A stretch of 57,760 bases of DNA, filler included, from Sphacelaria rigidula (lineage: Eukaryota): NCBI GenBank assembly GCA_964200075.2. It is 4 parts of 4 records of this genome, joined end to end, with 100 filler letters (N's around TTAATTAATTAA, not from the genome) between each part and the next. Parts side by side here need not be neighbours in the genome. Positions count along the whole stretch, not along the records: positions 28,933 to 43,296 come from CAXNAA020002290.1; positions 43,397 to 57,760 come from CAXNAA020002291.1; 2 more parts are not named here. One strand, given 5' to 3'. Every line of letters starts with the position of its first letter. Within the stretch, counting starts at the first letter, position 1. Of the stretch, positions 38,471 through 48,938 are shown one piece after another. The notes below the pieces were generated by a model. The model saw only the letters and a program-made list of their open reading frames with translations. It did not search any database and was not told the DNA's origin. A program made the position numbers and the translations under genes.

Positions 38471-40950
38471 CGCTATCGCAGCATCAGTCTGGTTGACCAA
38501 AATCATCAATAGAGAGATCTCATCGTTAACGTCACGTACCACATGGACACTCGATTCAGTAAAACCACGCTGGTTGTTGTTGTCCACAACGCCGAAGGAA
38601 AAGACTTTCAATATGGTGCCTAACTGAACCAATGTGATTCGGCTTTTCAATCAAAGGGTGGCTCATCTGTTAAATCGTTCAACATGGTCGTTGGCTACCA
38701 CTGCACCCATTCAGCTAAGCGTATATAACACTATATTCGTGAGATACAGAATGTAGTTTCAGATTCAGAGTCAGACCCGAAACAATCGACTTTCCCGTCG
38801 ATTTTGACATCGCCACAGTTCGNNNNNNNNNNAATGAAAGCTGTCACCTACACGGTCAATTTGACACATCACTTGATCGCAACGACGCAGTCAGTCCATT
38901 GCAACAAAAGATCCCCTTCATCAGGAAAAAACGATTAGTGCCTGAAACAGTTCAAGTTCCGGAATGCCCCCCAGGCGTAAAAATGCTTCGGGCGGTATCT
39001 CACCAACCAGACCGCCGAATTCCTCGAATGGGATACTGTACGGTAGCGGCATGCACAGGACGTGTGCTCAAGCAAAAGAAAAAAGTTGGCTGTTAGGAAC
39101 GCTATAGAGCATCCAGTCCGAGTCTGAAACTACGTTGTGAATCTCACGAATTTAGTGTATATATACGTACATACTGTACAAAAACCATTCGATCCCCTCT
39201 GCACTACACTTGCAAAATCTGCATTTCAGTGTACGGCAGTGAGCCAGATTTGTACTATATGTCACCTTGCGGCCACGGGAGGTGAGGTCGCGATGCGTAT
39301 CTGCTGGGTCAAAGTCCTCCTGATCAGCAACTGCGTGCTCCCCGCCTGCCGGCACGAGTGATCAAGGCAGACGTTGGGGTTAGGTCAGCGCATGAGGCCA
39401 CAAACGTGATGCACGGCAGAGACGAGACATTTTTTCACCATGCCGGTGTACCGTTTCAGCAGCCAGCCCAGAAGCTGGAAACCTTCCACAGAAAATATCT
39501 CGACAAGCGCAGCGACACATCACGAAGCTTACCCATTCTTGTGATGGGGGGATCACCATGCTTGTGCTCCGATAGCTTCCCTGTACTCGAGGGTGTTCAC
39601 ACAAAAGATAATGTCGTGACTGCCCGCATCAGAGTGAAGAGAACGTGGGTTAATTTCTCACCAGATGCGTTTTTCGCTTACGAAGTAGAGTGTTTTCATC
39701 GTGAAAGGCGGGAGGATGTGAAGAGAGATGGATTCATCTCTCGAGACCACGGATTCGTCGTGAGAAAGGGGAGGGGTAAATAATGTGTGAAGAAAATGAT
39801 GTGCCGGTAATATATCGGACACGGGATTTTACGAATCGGGGATGGATCTTTCATCACGGATGAAGACCCCGGGGATTGAAATCTTCGTATCCGTACTAAA
39901 TCTTCCAAGTATGCTTCTATTTTTGCACTAACTGGTAGCTTTTGAAAACTACTACACGCCATACAAGTTTCGATTCCGAAAACCGAAATGTTGGGGTCTC
40001 AGGTGAAAAAACAATTTTTGGCGTCCGATCGGACACCAAAAATCGCTCAAATTTGGGGGTGTGCGCGGCCCTCTAGAGCCAAAAATAAGCCTCAATCCTC
40101 CGGTGACGTTCGATTCCTCTGGAGGCTCGAAACGTTTACCCACCTGGAGGAATTTTAGGGGTGGCCAAATTTGCCGAAAGCAGCGCCTGGTTTGCCAACG
40201 CCACACTTTGCCTAGCAAACTCTCTGGACCCCCCCTCGCTCGAGAGTTCTCGGTATGTCTTGGGCTGCGATGAGATTTTGCCAACTGATACTATCACCTC
40301 GCCTTGGCCGGTCCAGGTTGTATCAAGTATTCATGCATTCAAATGAAACTTTCGTTTTCGAACCTCAGGTGTCGCGCATTACACGGTCGACCGCATCGAA
40401 CCCGGACTCCAAATTCAAGACTGTGGAGTTCGTTGGGCGGGGCACATGTCGCATTCCTCTCAGGATGACATTTTTTGAAGTTTCCGGCAGTCGTGCTACA
40501 AGACAGTGTGGATCAAGGCTTCAGGGGATGGACGTTGGGCAGAAGCCGGACATGAACGTCACCTTGATACTCGTGGCACTGGCTCTACGAAGTAACGTGA
40601 CGTTAATTCCGAGATGGGGCATAATAACGCGCTACTCATTTTCGCGCACGCTTGAGGCATTCATATGTATACCGCGGCATGGTATCATGTACCCGCCACA
40701 TGAATCAGCAGTAGCATCGCAGAAGCAACTCCACATTAAAGTGATCTAGTCCGTTTGTAGTATCGAGGATGTCGTGCTGCGCTGGGCAAACTCGTCTCAT
40801 TGTCCGGACCTTCGGCCTTCACTTGCTGACTCCAGTTGAGCGTTTCAGCCCGTCGGTTTCCCTGTACCACTACGGTGAAAGGTCTGGGAACTGAACGTGT
40901 GTCAGACAGTGGAGTTTGCAATATACTAATTATTGTAACCAAAACTCCAC

Positions 40951-41161
40951 TGTAATGCGTGAGAGGAACGCGTGCTTCCAGGACAGCGCCGTAGTTCAAA
41001 ACACCTCAGGATCGACGCTTTTCAAAACCAGTTGGGCCAGTCCCTGCAGGTACCATGCCCCTGACTATAACCCCAACACTGTCCCTAACCCTAACCCTAA
41101 TCCTAGGGATGTTCAAATTCCAATGCGGTCCTCGAAGCACGCGGTCCTCTCACGCATTACA
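40951..41161. mobile_element. TGT...ACA MITE with telomere-like core
   Basis: TIRs, internal ccctaaccctaaccctaa, flanks CCAC/TCAC. Confidence 0.85.
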
Positions 41162-42160
41162 TCACCATCAATCCTGAAAGGACAGTTCAATTCAAACAGT
41201 GGGCACCTGAAACGAGCATAGGAAGTCGATCGTCCAAAATACCGCCGTGGGTGACCTAGAGAAGTGTGCGGTGCCCATGCCGCATCATCCTCGGGATACA
41301 AACAGCACGCTTCAGCCATGCGCTGCCGGATATGTGTCCTTTCATAACGATGTTCTTCAACTGTCCAAATATAATCTGGGAGTTAGTCTGCCCAACTGGG
41401 TACGAATACAAGAGGTTTAATCATGCACCCAAGTCGCCAAGCGACGCCCTTTGAAGGGATACTCGAAATCTCAGTCATCAGCTGCTCACTCTACAACTCT
41501 GCAGGGACACACAGCACGCGATGTTAATACCAGCAAGCAGGTGCAGTAAAAGCCTGCGCGTTGTCAGTAACATACGATTGTATACTTGTTCCCATAATTT
41601 CAAGAATCTCATACGCTATGGAATATACCATGACATCACCACCGTTCGAACAAATCCCACCGCACACTGTTTGCACTGACCTTCAGGTTCAACAACAGCG
41701 GTGGATCCCCATGCCAAACCCAGCAACAGCAACAAAAAGGCTGTTTTCTCGCCTCTGATCTTCATGGTAGACCTTGCTCTCGAGAAGTGAAGCTGCTAGG
41801 AGGCCGAAGGTGGTGTGAAATTACTGTTGCACACTACACCGGAAGGGGAGTAGTCTGGAGAATGAGAGAGGAAGGGGTTATGGTGTGGGATGCGGAGATG
41901 GGGGGTTGCGGGGGGGGGGGTAGGCACGACTGAGAGGCATACCTAAATTATAATATTTCACCGGTGCCGCTCGGAGTATACGTCTTATATTCTGTCCGTT
42001 TTTTCTCATATATGTGTCGGGGTATTCACGTCTGTGTGGTGCAGGTCTGAAAACCCGCACTGGAGCGCCGGAGAAGACCCGAGTTTGAGGCGACCTGAAG
42101 TTTCGGGCGTAGATCTAAGGTTGAGCTTTTTGAACAAACAAAAACAAAAACATCGCTAAC

Positions 42161-42793
42161 TAGAGCTGGGTAATGGTTTGTCTAACCATTAACCAGTTGA
42201 ATGGTTACGGGTAGCGCACTCATTAACCATTTAAATGGTGCATACTGGTTTGGTCATCAAGCAGCGCAGCCGCGACCCACGAAGCCCTCCGCGGTAGAGG
42301 GGGGCCCGCCGGGGGCGCCCCCGGATAGCTTCGGTGGAGGCGCCGTGTAATGTGTGAGAGGACCGCGTGCTTAGAGGACCGCGCCGTAGTTCAAAATACC
42401 TCAGGAGCGATGTTTTTCAAAACCAATCGGGCCAGTCCCTGCAGGTACCACGCCCCTGACCCTAACCCCAAGACTAACCCTAACCCTAACCCTAACCCTA
42501 ACCATAGGGATGTTCAAATTCCGATGCGGTCCTCTAAGCACGCGGTCCTCTCACGCATTACACGCCGTGCCAGAGGCACGTTTTTACGCGATGAGGCTTC
42601 ACTAGAGCAAAAGAATACGTGAAATTTGGACCAATTTTCAAGGGCTGTATGCAGCCTACGTAGCCGGTAACGGTTTCTAAAGCCGGTAACGGTAAATTAT
42701 GGTTCGAAATCATCATCCAAAAAACATATTGCCATTGCCATTATTACCATAATGATAATGGCCAGTTATAACTGGTATCATTTCCGAGCTCTA
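42161..42793. mobile_element. hAT-like non-autonomous element hosting a nested MITE
   Basis: TIR TAGAGCTGGGTAATGGT vs reverse-complement TAGAGCTCGGAAATGAT; 8-bp flanks TCGCTAAC/CCGCCAAC (6/8). Confidence 0.6.
42346..42562. mobile_element. TGT...ACA MITE with telomere-like core
   Basis: TIRs, four to five CCCTAA units, perfect 5-bp TSD CGCCG/CGCCG. Confidence 0.9.
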
Positions 42794-42909
42794 CCGCCAA
42801 CCCTAACCCTAACCCCGACTCAAGGAGTACGAGACCCGTGGGCAACGGGCATGCATGGGTTCCCCTACACCGGTGGCCACTGGGGTGCCTGTAACATCAA
42901 ATTTGGACG

Positions 42910-43125
42910 TTAACCCTTGGACCGCGGTGGGGGTAGTCCATTTGGATCATGCATACTTTTTTCAAGTGAAAATTGGTGCCGATTCAACAGGTGGCTTACC
43001 CTCACGGTCTAAGGGTTAACCCTTAGACGGGTTAACCCTTAGTACGCGAGGGTAGTCTTCTGTTGAATCGGCACCAATTTCAAGTGAAAAGAAGTATGCA
43101 TGGTACAGAAAGACTAATCTCAGGG
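42910..43125. mobile_element. piggyBac-like MITEs: a complete ~102-bp copy and an inverted diverged copy
   Basis: TTAA|CCCTTGGACCG...CGGTCTAAGGG|TTAA (42910-43019), then TTAA|CCCTTAG at 43032 starting the reverse complement (gttgaatcggcaccaattt). Confidence 0.7.
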
Positions 43126-43142
43126 GATGATGGTCTGCCCGT

Positions 43143-43228
43143 CGGTCCGGTTGCTCAGTTGGTAACCTCGTAACCTTCTGATGGTTGAGTTATGGGGCTC
43201 GATTCCCGGAGCGATCTGGGGTTTTTCT
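43143..43228 (+). other. tRNA-derived (SINE-head-like) or pseudo-tRNA sequence
   Basis: A-box-like TGCTCAGTTGG and B-box-like GGCTCGATTCC at tRNA spacing, followed by a T run; stems do not pair well. Confidence 0.45.
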
Positions 43229-45117
43229 TATATCATGCTCAACAGTGTATAGCGACTATGTCGTGGGTACACAAAAATTCGACGTAACGGTCGACGNNNN
43301 NNNNNNNNNNNNNNNNNNNNNNNNNNNNNNNNNNNNNNNNTTAATTAATTAANNNNNNNNNNNNNNNNNNNNNNNNNNNNNNNNNNNNNNNNNNNNCCCT
43401 GCTTGCACTGGGTCTGTATACATGTGTGACATCAGTCTCTGATATGTCACTGCAAAGAGATGTCTCCCATACATATAGGTGTCTTGCAGACAATTTCTTG
43501 TCTTTATTTTCAGTGGCTACCAACCACTCTTTCTATCAGTGGTTTCCCAGCCACTCATGGGGTACAGTTCTGAGGTTCTCGACATTTCGTTCTACTGTAC
43601 GTGAGACTGTTTCCCTTCATTGCATCATCACACCCCCAACGAACACACGGGCGTTCCATTTCCTCTTCGCCCGTTCTTCTCCTCATATTTGTACACCTCA
43701 TGTGGGGAGTTATGTTCACTGCGGTTCTTCTGTTATGTGGGTCGCAGTTATGTTCACTATGGTTCTTTTGTTATGTGGGTCGCCTCCCGTTTCATTTACC
43801 ACATCTTCTACGTTCCAATCTAGGTTCGAAATACCATTATTTGTTCGTCTTCCCCACGGAAGATTTGTGTCTGTTTCCCCTCACATTTCACATATATCGG
43901 TTCCTTCTAGAACAACGAGCGTCCGTATCCACACAAATAGACCTCTCCATCATGTTGGACTTTTTCAAATTTCGGACTGCCTTACGTTTGGCTTTCCTCG
44001 TCACGACGGCGTTTTCTCCACCGTGTCTTCTCATCCGCCTCTCTTGCCGTGCAGTGGCATGTTCATCATAGCTCATGGGTGCAAGCTGCTCACCACCATG
44101 CTCGCACCGTATTCGACGTCTCTGCCCGGCTCACGCTCGCCTGGGCTAGCTCATGACGCTCATTTCTCTCCACATAGTTCCGGCGTTGTTCGCATGTCAG
44201 GTTCTGACTCGCTTTTTGGCACTGGCTACTCTCATCGCTCTCAGCATGGTTCATACCTTGTTCAGGCGCCACGTTTACCCTGGTTCGTTGACACTGGCCG
44301 TTCTCCTTATGGTCGCCATAGTTCATGCCTTGTTTTCACGTTCAAGTTCATACAGGCTCCTTGACACTGACGGTTCTGACTGCTTTCGGCATCGGCCACG
44401 CACTGTTCACGTTTCACGTTCATACCGGCTCTGGAACCGCTTGTTCTTCACCGTGCACGGACTTGGGTTGAAGCTTTCCGTCCAGTTCACGTTCCAACGA
44501 ATTCGCCCGTTCTTTGCTTATTTCCCTCCCATTTGCTCCTGCTCAGCAAATGTTTTACCTGCCTTGCCTTGTTCGAACCCACTTACAGGGTCCGGCATAC
44601 GCGAGCCCGAAATCGCTCAAGTTCATGGCTATTATTCGTTGCACTTGCGTTTCGCTCCATGTTCTTTGGGTACACAATGCGAGTCTCGGCGCATCCCAGA
44701 TAGCGGTTCCTTGCTTGAGGTTTCCGATGTTCATTTCAACTCTCACGATCCACTTATGAACCGACTTCACCGTCGTCTAGACATGAATGAAGGGTGTGGC
44801 AACCAACCCTCGCGCTTGAAGGGTTCAGACGATCCCCTTCTGAATCGAGTTCACTATCGTCTAGACATGAATGTGGATGGGGCAAGTCAGAAGCTGGACC
44901 ACCGTTCAGGGTCGCTCGTTGTATTGTTCAAATGTATCGGTCAATACGTGGTTCATACTTCCGCCCCCTCTAGCAATAGCCCCCCCCCCCCCCCTATTAT
45001 GGTGGTTTATCAACTCATTTCACACCGATATTGTATTTCATTTAATGAGATACCCAGTTCTGTGCAACTTTCGTTCAATGTTTAGCTCCCACGACACGCG
45101 CTCACAGCCCAACGTTC

Positions 45118-45813
45118 TTGTTGTTGGCGACCTTTGTTCTCTGCTCTCAGTTCAAAAGCCTGTTCTGTTCTTTGCTGACGGAAGCCACTGCATGCAAGTC
45201 AGTCGGACATTTGGACGACAGCAGGAAGCTACCGCTTATCCAGGGCATATACTGCGCAGTTCGTGAGCTACTCCGTTTATCTCAGATGGACCCCGACCTC
45301 AAACAAGAGCGGGCGTTTATCGCAACGCTAGAAGCAGGTCTCGAGCACTGCCTGCTCGGAAATAGGTTAGATGCCGCGGCCGTTTGGACGCACAACAAAT
45401 TGATGAGTGCCTCTGAGCAAGGGAGGCAAGTCGATATGGACCAAGTAGTAAAAGAGCTCGCAGGGGTCACCAAATTTCTTGGGGGCCCCAGGAGCGGTGG
45501 CAGCGGGGCTGCAGCTTGGGCTGTTCCTCCCGGACAACCCCTCATGCACCCCAGACACACTGGGGGGTACTACCAACAGATGTGGTCCCCAGCGCCCGCG
45601 CATGTAGGCGTCAGCGTGCAAGGCCAGCATGGCCCGACACGCGGACGCGGGGGCGGTTTTAGTAACAGTGGAAAGCGTCCCGCCATGTGTAATCGGTGCA
45701 AGGATGCTGGTAAGCGGGGTGCTGATATTTTGCATTCGTACAGAGTGTGTCCTCTCGTAGAGTGCAGGAAGTGCCACCAGTTTGGGCATATCCGGCGTAG
45801 CTGCCCGAATTGA
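45118..45813 (+). CDS. Gag-like protein with C-terminal zinc knuckles
   Basis: CNRCKDAGKRGADILHSYRVC followed by canonical CRKCHQFGHIRRSC (CX2CX4HX4C). True start uncertain (ATG at ~45286 or a splice acceptor just before it). Confidence 0.75.
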   Translation: MLLATFVLCSQFKSLFCSLLTEATACKSVGHLDDSRKLPLIQGIYCAVRELLRLSQMDPDLKQERAFIATLEAGLEHCLLGNRLDAAAVWTHNKLMSASEQGRQVDMDQVVKELAGVTKFLGGPRSGGSGAAAWAVPPGQPLMHPRHTGGYYQQMWSPAPAHVGVSVQGQHGPTRGRGGGFSNSGKRPAMCNRCKDAGKRGADILHSYRVCPLVECRKCHQFGHIRRSCPN

Positions 45814-46572
45814 TAGGCGTCCACGGGCGGGGTATTTTGCTTATATACTCTGTCGATGTAGACAGTTGCAGTTGATCCCCACACTCAGTGGGTGCAGTCT
45901 GTTGGTCTGCCTTCGTCTGTTCCTCTTATTTTGCTCTACACTCCGTACAGTAGTTCCAAGTTGTTGCCGACATGTGTGTGTCACTGTCGCAATGTGAGAC
46001 CTCTGGGGTACATGATGTTATTAGTACCGAGGCATAATGAGACACGAGGAAGTTAATATTTCTTACTCTTCCGAGACGGGTTTACTTCCTTTCTAGGCAA
46101 GCACGGGAGGCCATCCGGGGTTATGGTCACTACGCCCGTTCTCGACCAATGCAGTGTCCAACTACATTCGAGCAATACAAATGAGTATGGTGGCTGGTCG
46201 CTATCGAATCCTGGTGTGATGATTCGATCTTCTGTTTCCCCTTACAGCTGTCGCAAAGGACAAATCGCCTATCCGAATATTTGACATCATGACTTCACAT
46301 GATGAAATATTCCACCCGAGTCCAGACACTCTCCAAATACCTCTGCACCTTGCCCTTTTCTTGGCTCGGACTTTGGTCGATGATTGAGCGCGCGGATCGG
46401 TCTTTTATTTATTTTGAAAAATCGCTTAGTTTTCTCACACCTTTTGTTTCATCATCACCTTTCTGTTGCCCCGTGTGACAACAGAATGTTTCTCTTCGAA
46501 CTGTATCTTCACGTAGATATGACTCATAATTTACACATGTTCACAGTACTGTCCTGTAGATAGCTCGCAACG

Positions 46573-48923
46573 GTGTCTTTCACACGAAACAAACCCCAAT
46601 CTATGTCACACGCAAATTCCTTTACACGCATCCAACATCGTAATACGCAGGTTGGATTGGGGGCGAATCGTTTTTTAGCCGAGCGAGCACAGCGTACTGC
46701 AGACGTTCGTACACAGAGTGTGAGCGGTGCGATTCTAAGCGAGTTGCAAGACCGGAGCTCAACCATCGACCTCACCAATAATGAAGTCCTATTGCAAGAA
46801 CAGCGTACGCCACAACACGCTAGGATATGGATGGCAGATGATTTTGTTCCAGCTCATCTCCAGTCGGCACTTCCGTTCTGGAAAGACGTAATCTTACAGG
46901 AAACTCCAGAGGCCGAACGTGACACCCTCCTTGGCTGGGTTCATGGCGTTAGTGTATATGATTTTGTTGACCCCACCGCTACCGGTGTGTTTCAAGGCCG
47001 CAGGTACAATGGGGCAGACCTTACACAGGCGCATTTTCCTAATCATGTTCCAGATGAATACCGTCCATGGCTCACCGAGGAAGTCGCAGGGCTTGTACAC
47101 AAAGGATGCGTTGCTCGCTGGACAGACGTACCTGATACGGCAACCCACAGTAAGCCCCATATGGTGTTACCCTTGGGAGTCGAAACTGCAAAACCGAGGC
47201 TTATTTGGGACGCACGTTGGCTCGATTTGATGTGCAAGTATATCCCTTTTTTACCATGGACGGGGTAGGTAAGGTGGCTCAATGTGCATGGCCAGGAGCC
47301 CATCAGGCGACAATCGACCACAAGGCCGGCTATCACCATGTAGCTTTACAACCGGATTCGTGGTAATATTTCGGTTTCGAATGGGGAGGCGAATATTATG
47401 TGTTCACCATCCTAGCCTTCGGTTGGTGCTCAGCACCGGTGATTTACACCTCTTTGTCTGAAGCTGTAGCTCGATACTTACGTTCCAGGGGCGTTCCAAC
47501 CCTTGTATGGATCGACGATTTCTACATAACGAATTTCAGGTCTACTAGTGCCCTACAGCCAACTGCGCAGTTTAAAGCCGCAGAAACTGCAACTTACCTG
47601 ACATTGGAGGTGTTCTACAGAGCAGGATACTTCATCTCTATCCCGAAGTGTCAACTTCAACCCACCACTCGTTTGGTGTTCCTGGGTATTATTTGCGATT
47701 CGGTTTCTTGTCGTTTTGAGGCTCCCGAGGAAAAGCTCGATAAGCTGGAGGAAATTCTTTCTGACGCAGTATCGTCTGGAAAGATTACGTTTCGGATGCT
47801 AGAAAAATTAGCTGGCAAGTGCACAAGTCTGTCGGTAGCTGTTCCCGTGGCTGCGCTATACACGCATCACATGTACAAACAGATCGCAGTTTTCCAGCGT
47901 ACAGGGGGGAAAAGGCAAAATATGGATATTGACATTCCGGCAAATAGTGGCCTCATGTTCGAAATCAAGCAGTGGTTGCAGGTACGAGCACAGTTTAATG
48001 GGGCCTCATGGTACAGAGCGGAACACAAAATGCTTTCTTTGACTGGGGCATCTGATGCATCTTCGAGCGGACGGGGTGGTCTGGTTCGTAGCCCTGGACA
48101 ACCCATGTTTAAAGCAGGGGGCGATTTTCCGCCACAGGTAGCGCAAGAACACATCAACGTACAGGAAGGGTACGCGTTGCAGCAGACTTTGAGTTTGATC
48201 TGTACTGATCACCCTGGCCAGCTCACCGGTTCTACTCTCATTTCAGATGTAGACAACAAGGTCCTTCATGATTCTTTTCAACGAGGCAGGGCGCGGAATA
48301 CAGCCATGCACGGCATCATTACCCGACTATTTTGGATGCAAGTGGAAGAAGATTTTACTCTTAAACTCCGATGGGTAAAATCCGCCGCAAATGCAGAAGC
48401 AGACGGTATATCACGACTTGGGTCGGACGAGTATGTAAGACTAGACGAGTTCGTGTTCGGAGAGTTAAGTGACTGGGCCGGCGGTTTTGATATGGATTTG
48501 ATGGCTACTCCTACGTCGGTTCATAAACGTTGGGTGGCAGGAAAGTGCACAGAGGAAAATTTACCGTTTTATTCGCGCTATCATACCCGAGGGTGCGCGG
48601 GGGTCGACGTATTTACACAAAATGTCAGTCACATGCCGGGATCAAAAAGAGCATGTTTTGGTTTCGTTTCCCCACCAACGCGTATGGTCGGGATAATGCT
48701 GCAGCATCTTGAGGAATGCAAAGCTCGAGCGGTTATGGTTGTACCGGATAGGAAACAATCGTGGTTCCCTAGACTAGCTAGCGCTACAGTACGGTCTAGA
48801 AGGCTTTCGGTTCCAACAGGGGTTTCGCCCTTTTTCAAGGTTCATCACCAAAAGGGTGAGGAGCGTTTCTGTTTCAAAACATGGGGTATGATTGCAGTTG
48901 AGGTCGATTTCACGAAGGAATAA
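46573..48923 (+). pseudogene. DIRS-type reverse transcriptase / RNase H / N6-adenine methyltransferase-like polyprotein with two lesions
   Basis: KPRLIWDAR, IDHKAGYHHV, LAFGWCSAP, WIDDF (YxDD), FLGI; RNase H SDASS, HINVQE, DVDN, WVKSAANAEADGISR; MT-like DMDLMA...FYSRY...GVDVFTQ...FVSPP...VVPD...WFPRL. Frameshift at the T run ~47247-47252 and in-frame TAA at 47364-47366. Confidence 0.9.
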
Positions 48924-48938
48924 TAAAATTATCATCGA

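Noticed and set aside
37600-39800. Candidate first or signal-peptide exons of the cysteine-repeat gene
   Set aside because: Some splice-like sites exist but no convincing signal peptide or phase-linked exon could be assigned.
43143-43228. Functional tRNA gene
   Set aside because: A and B boxes are present but the acceptor and anticodon stems do not pair convincingly; kept only as tRNA-derived sequence.
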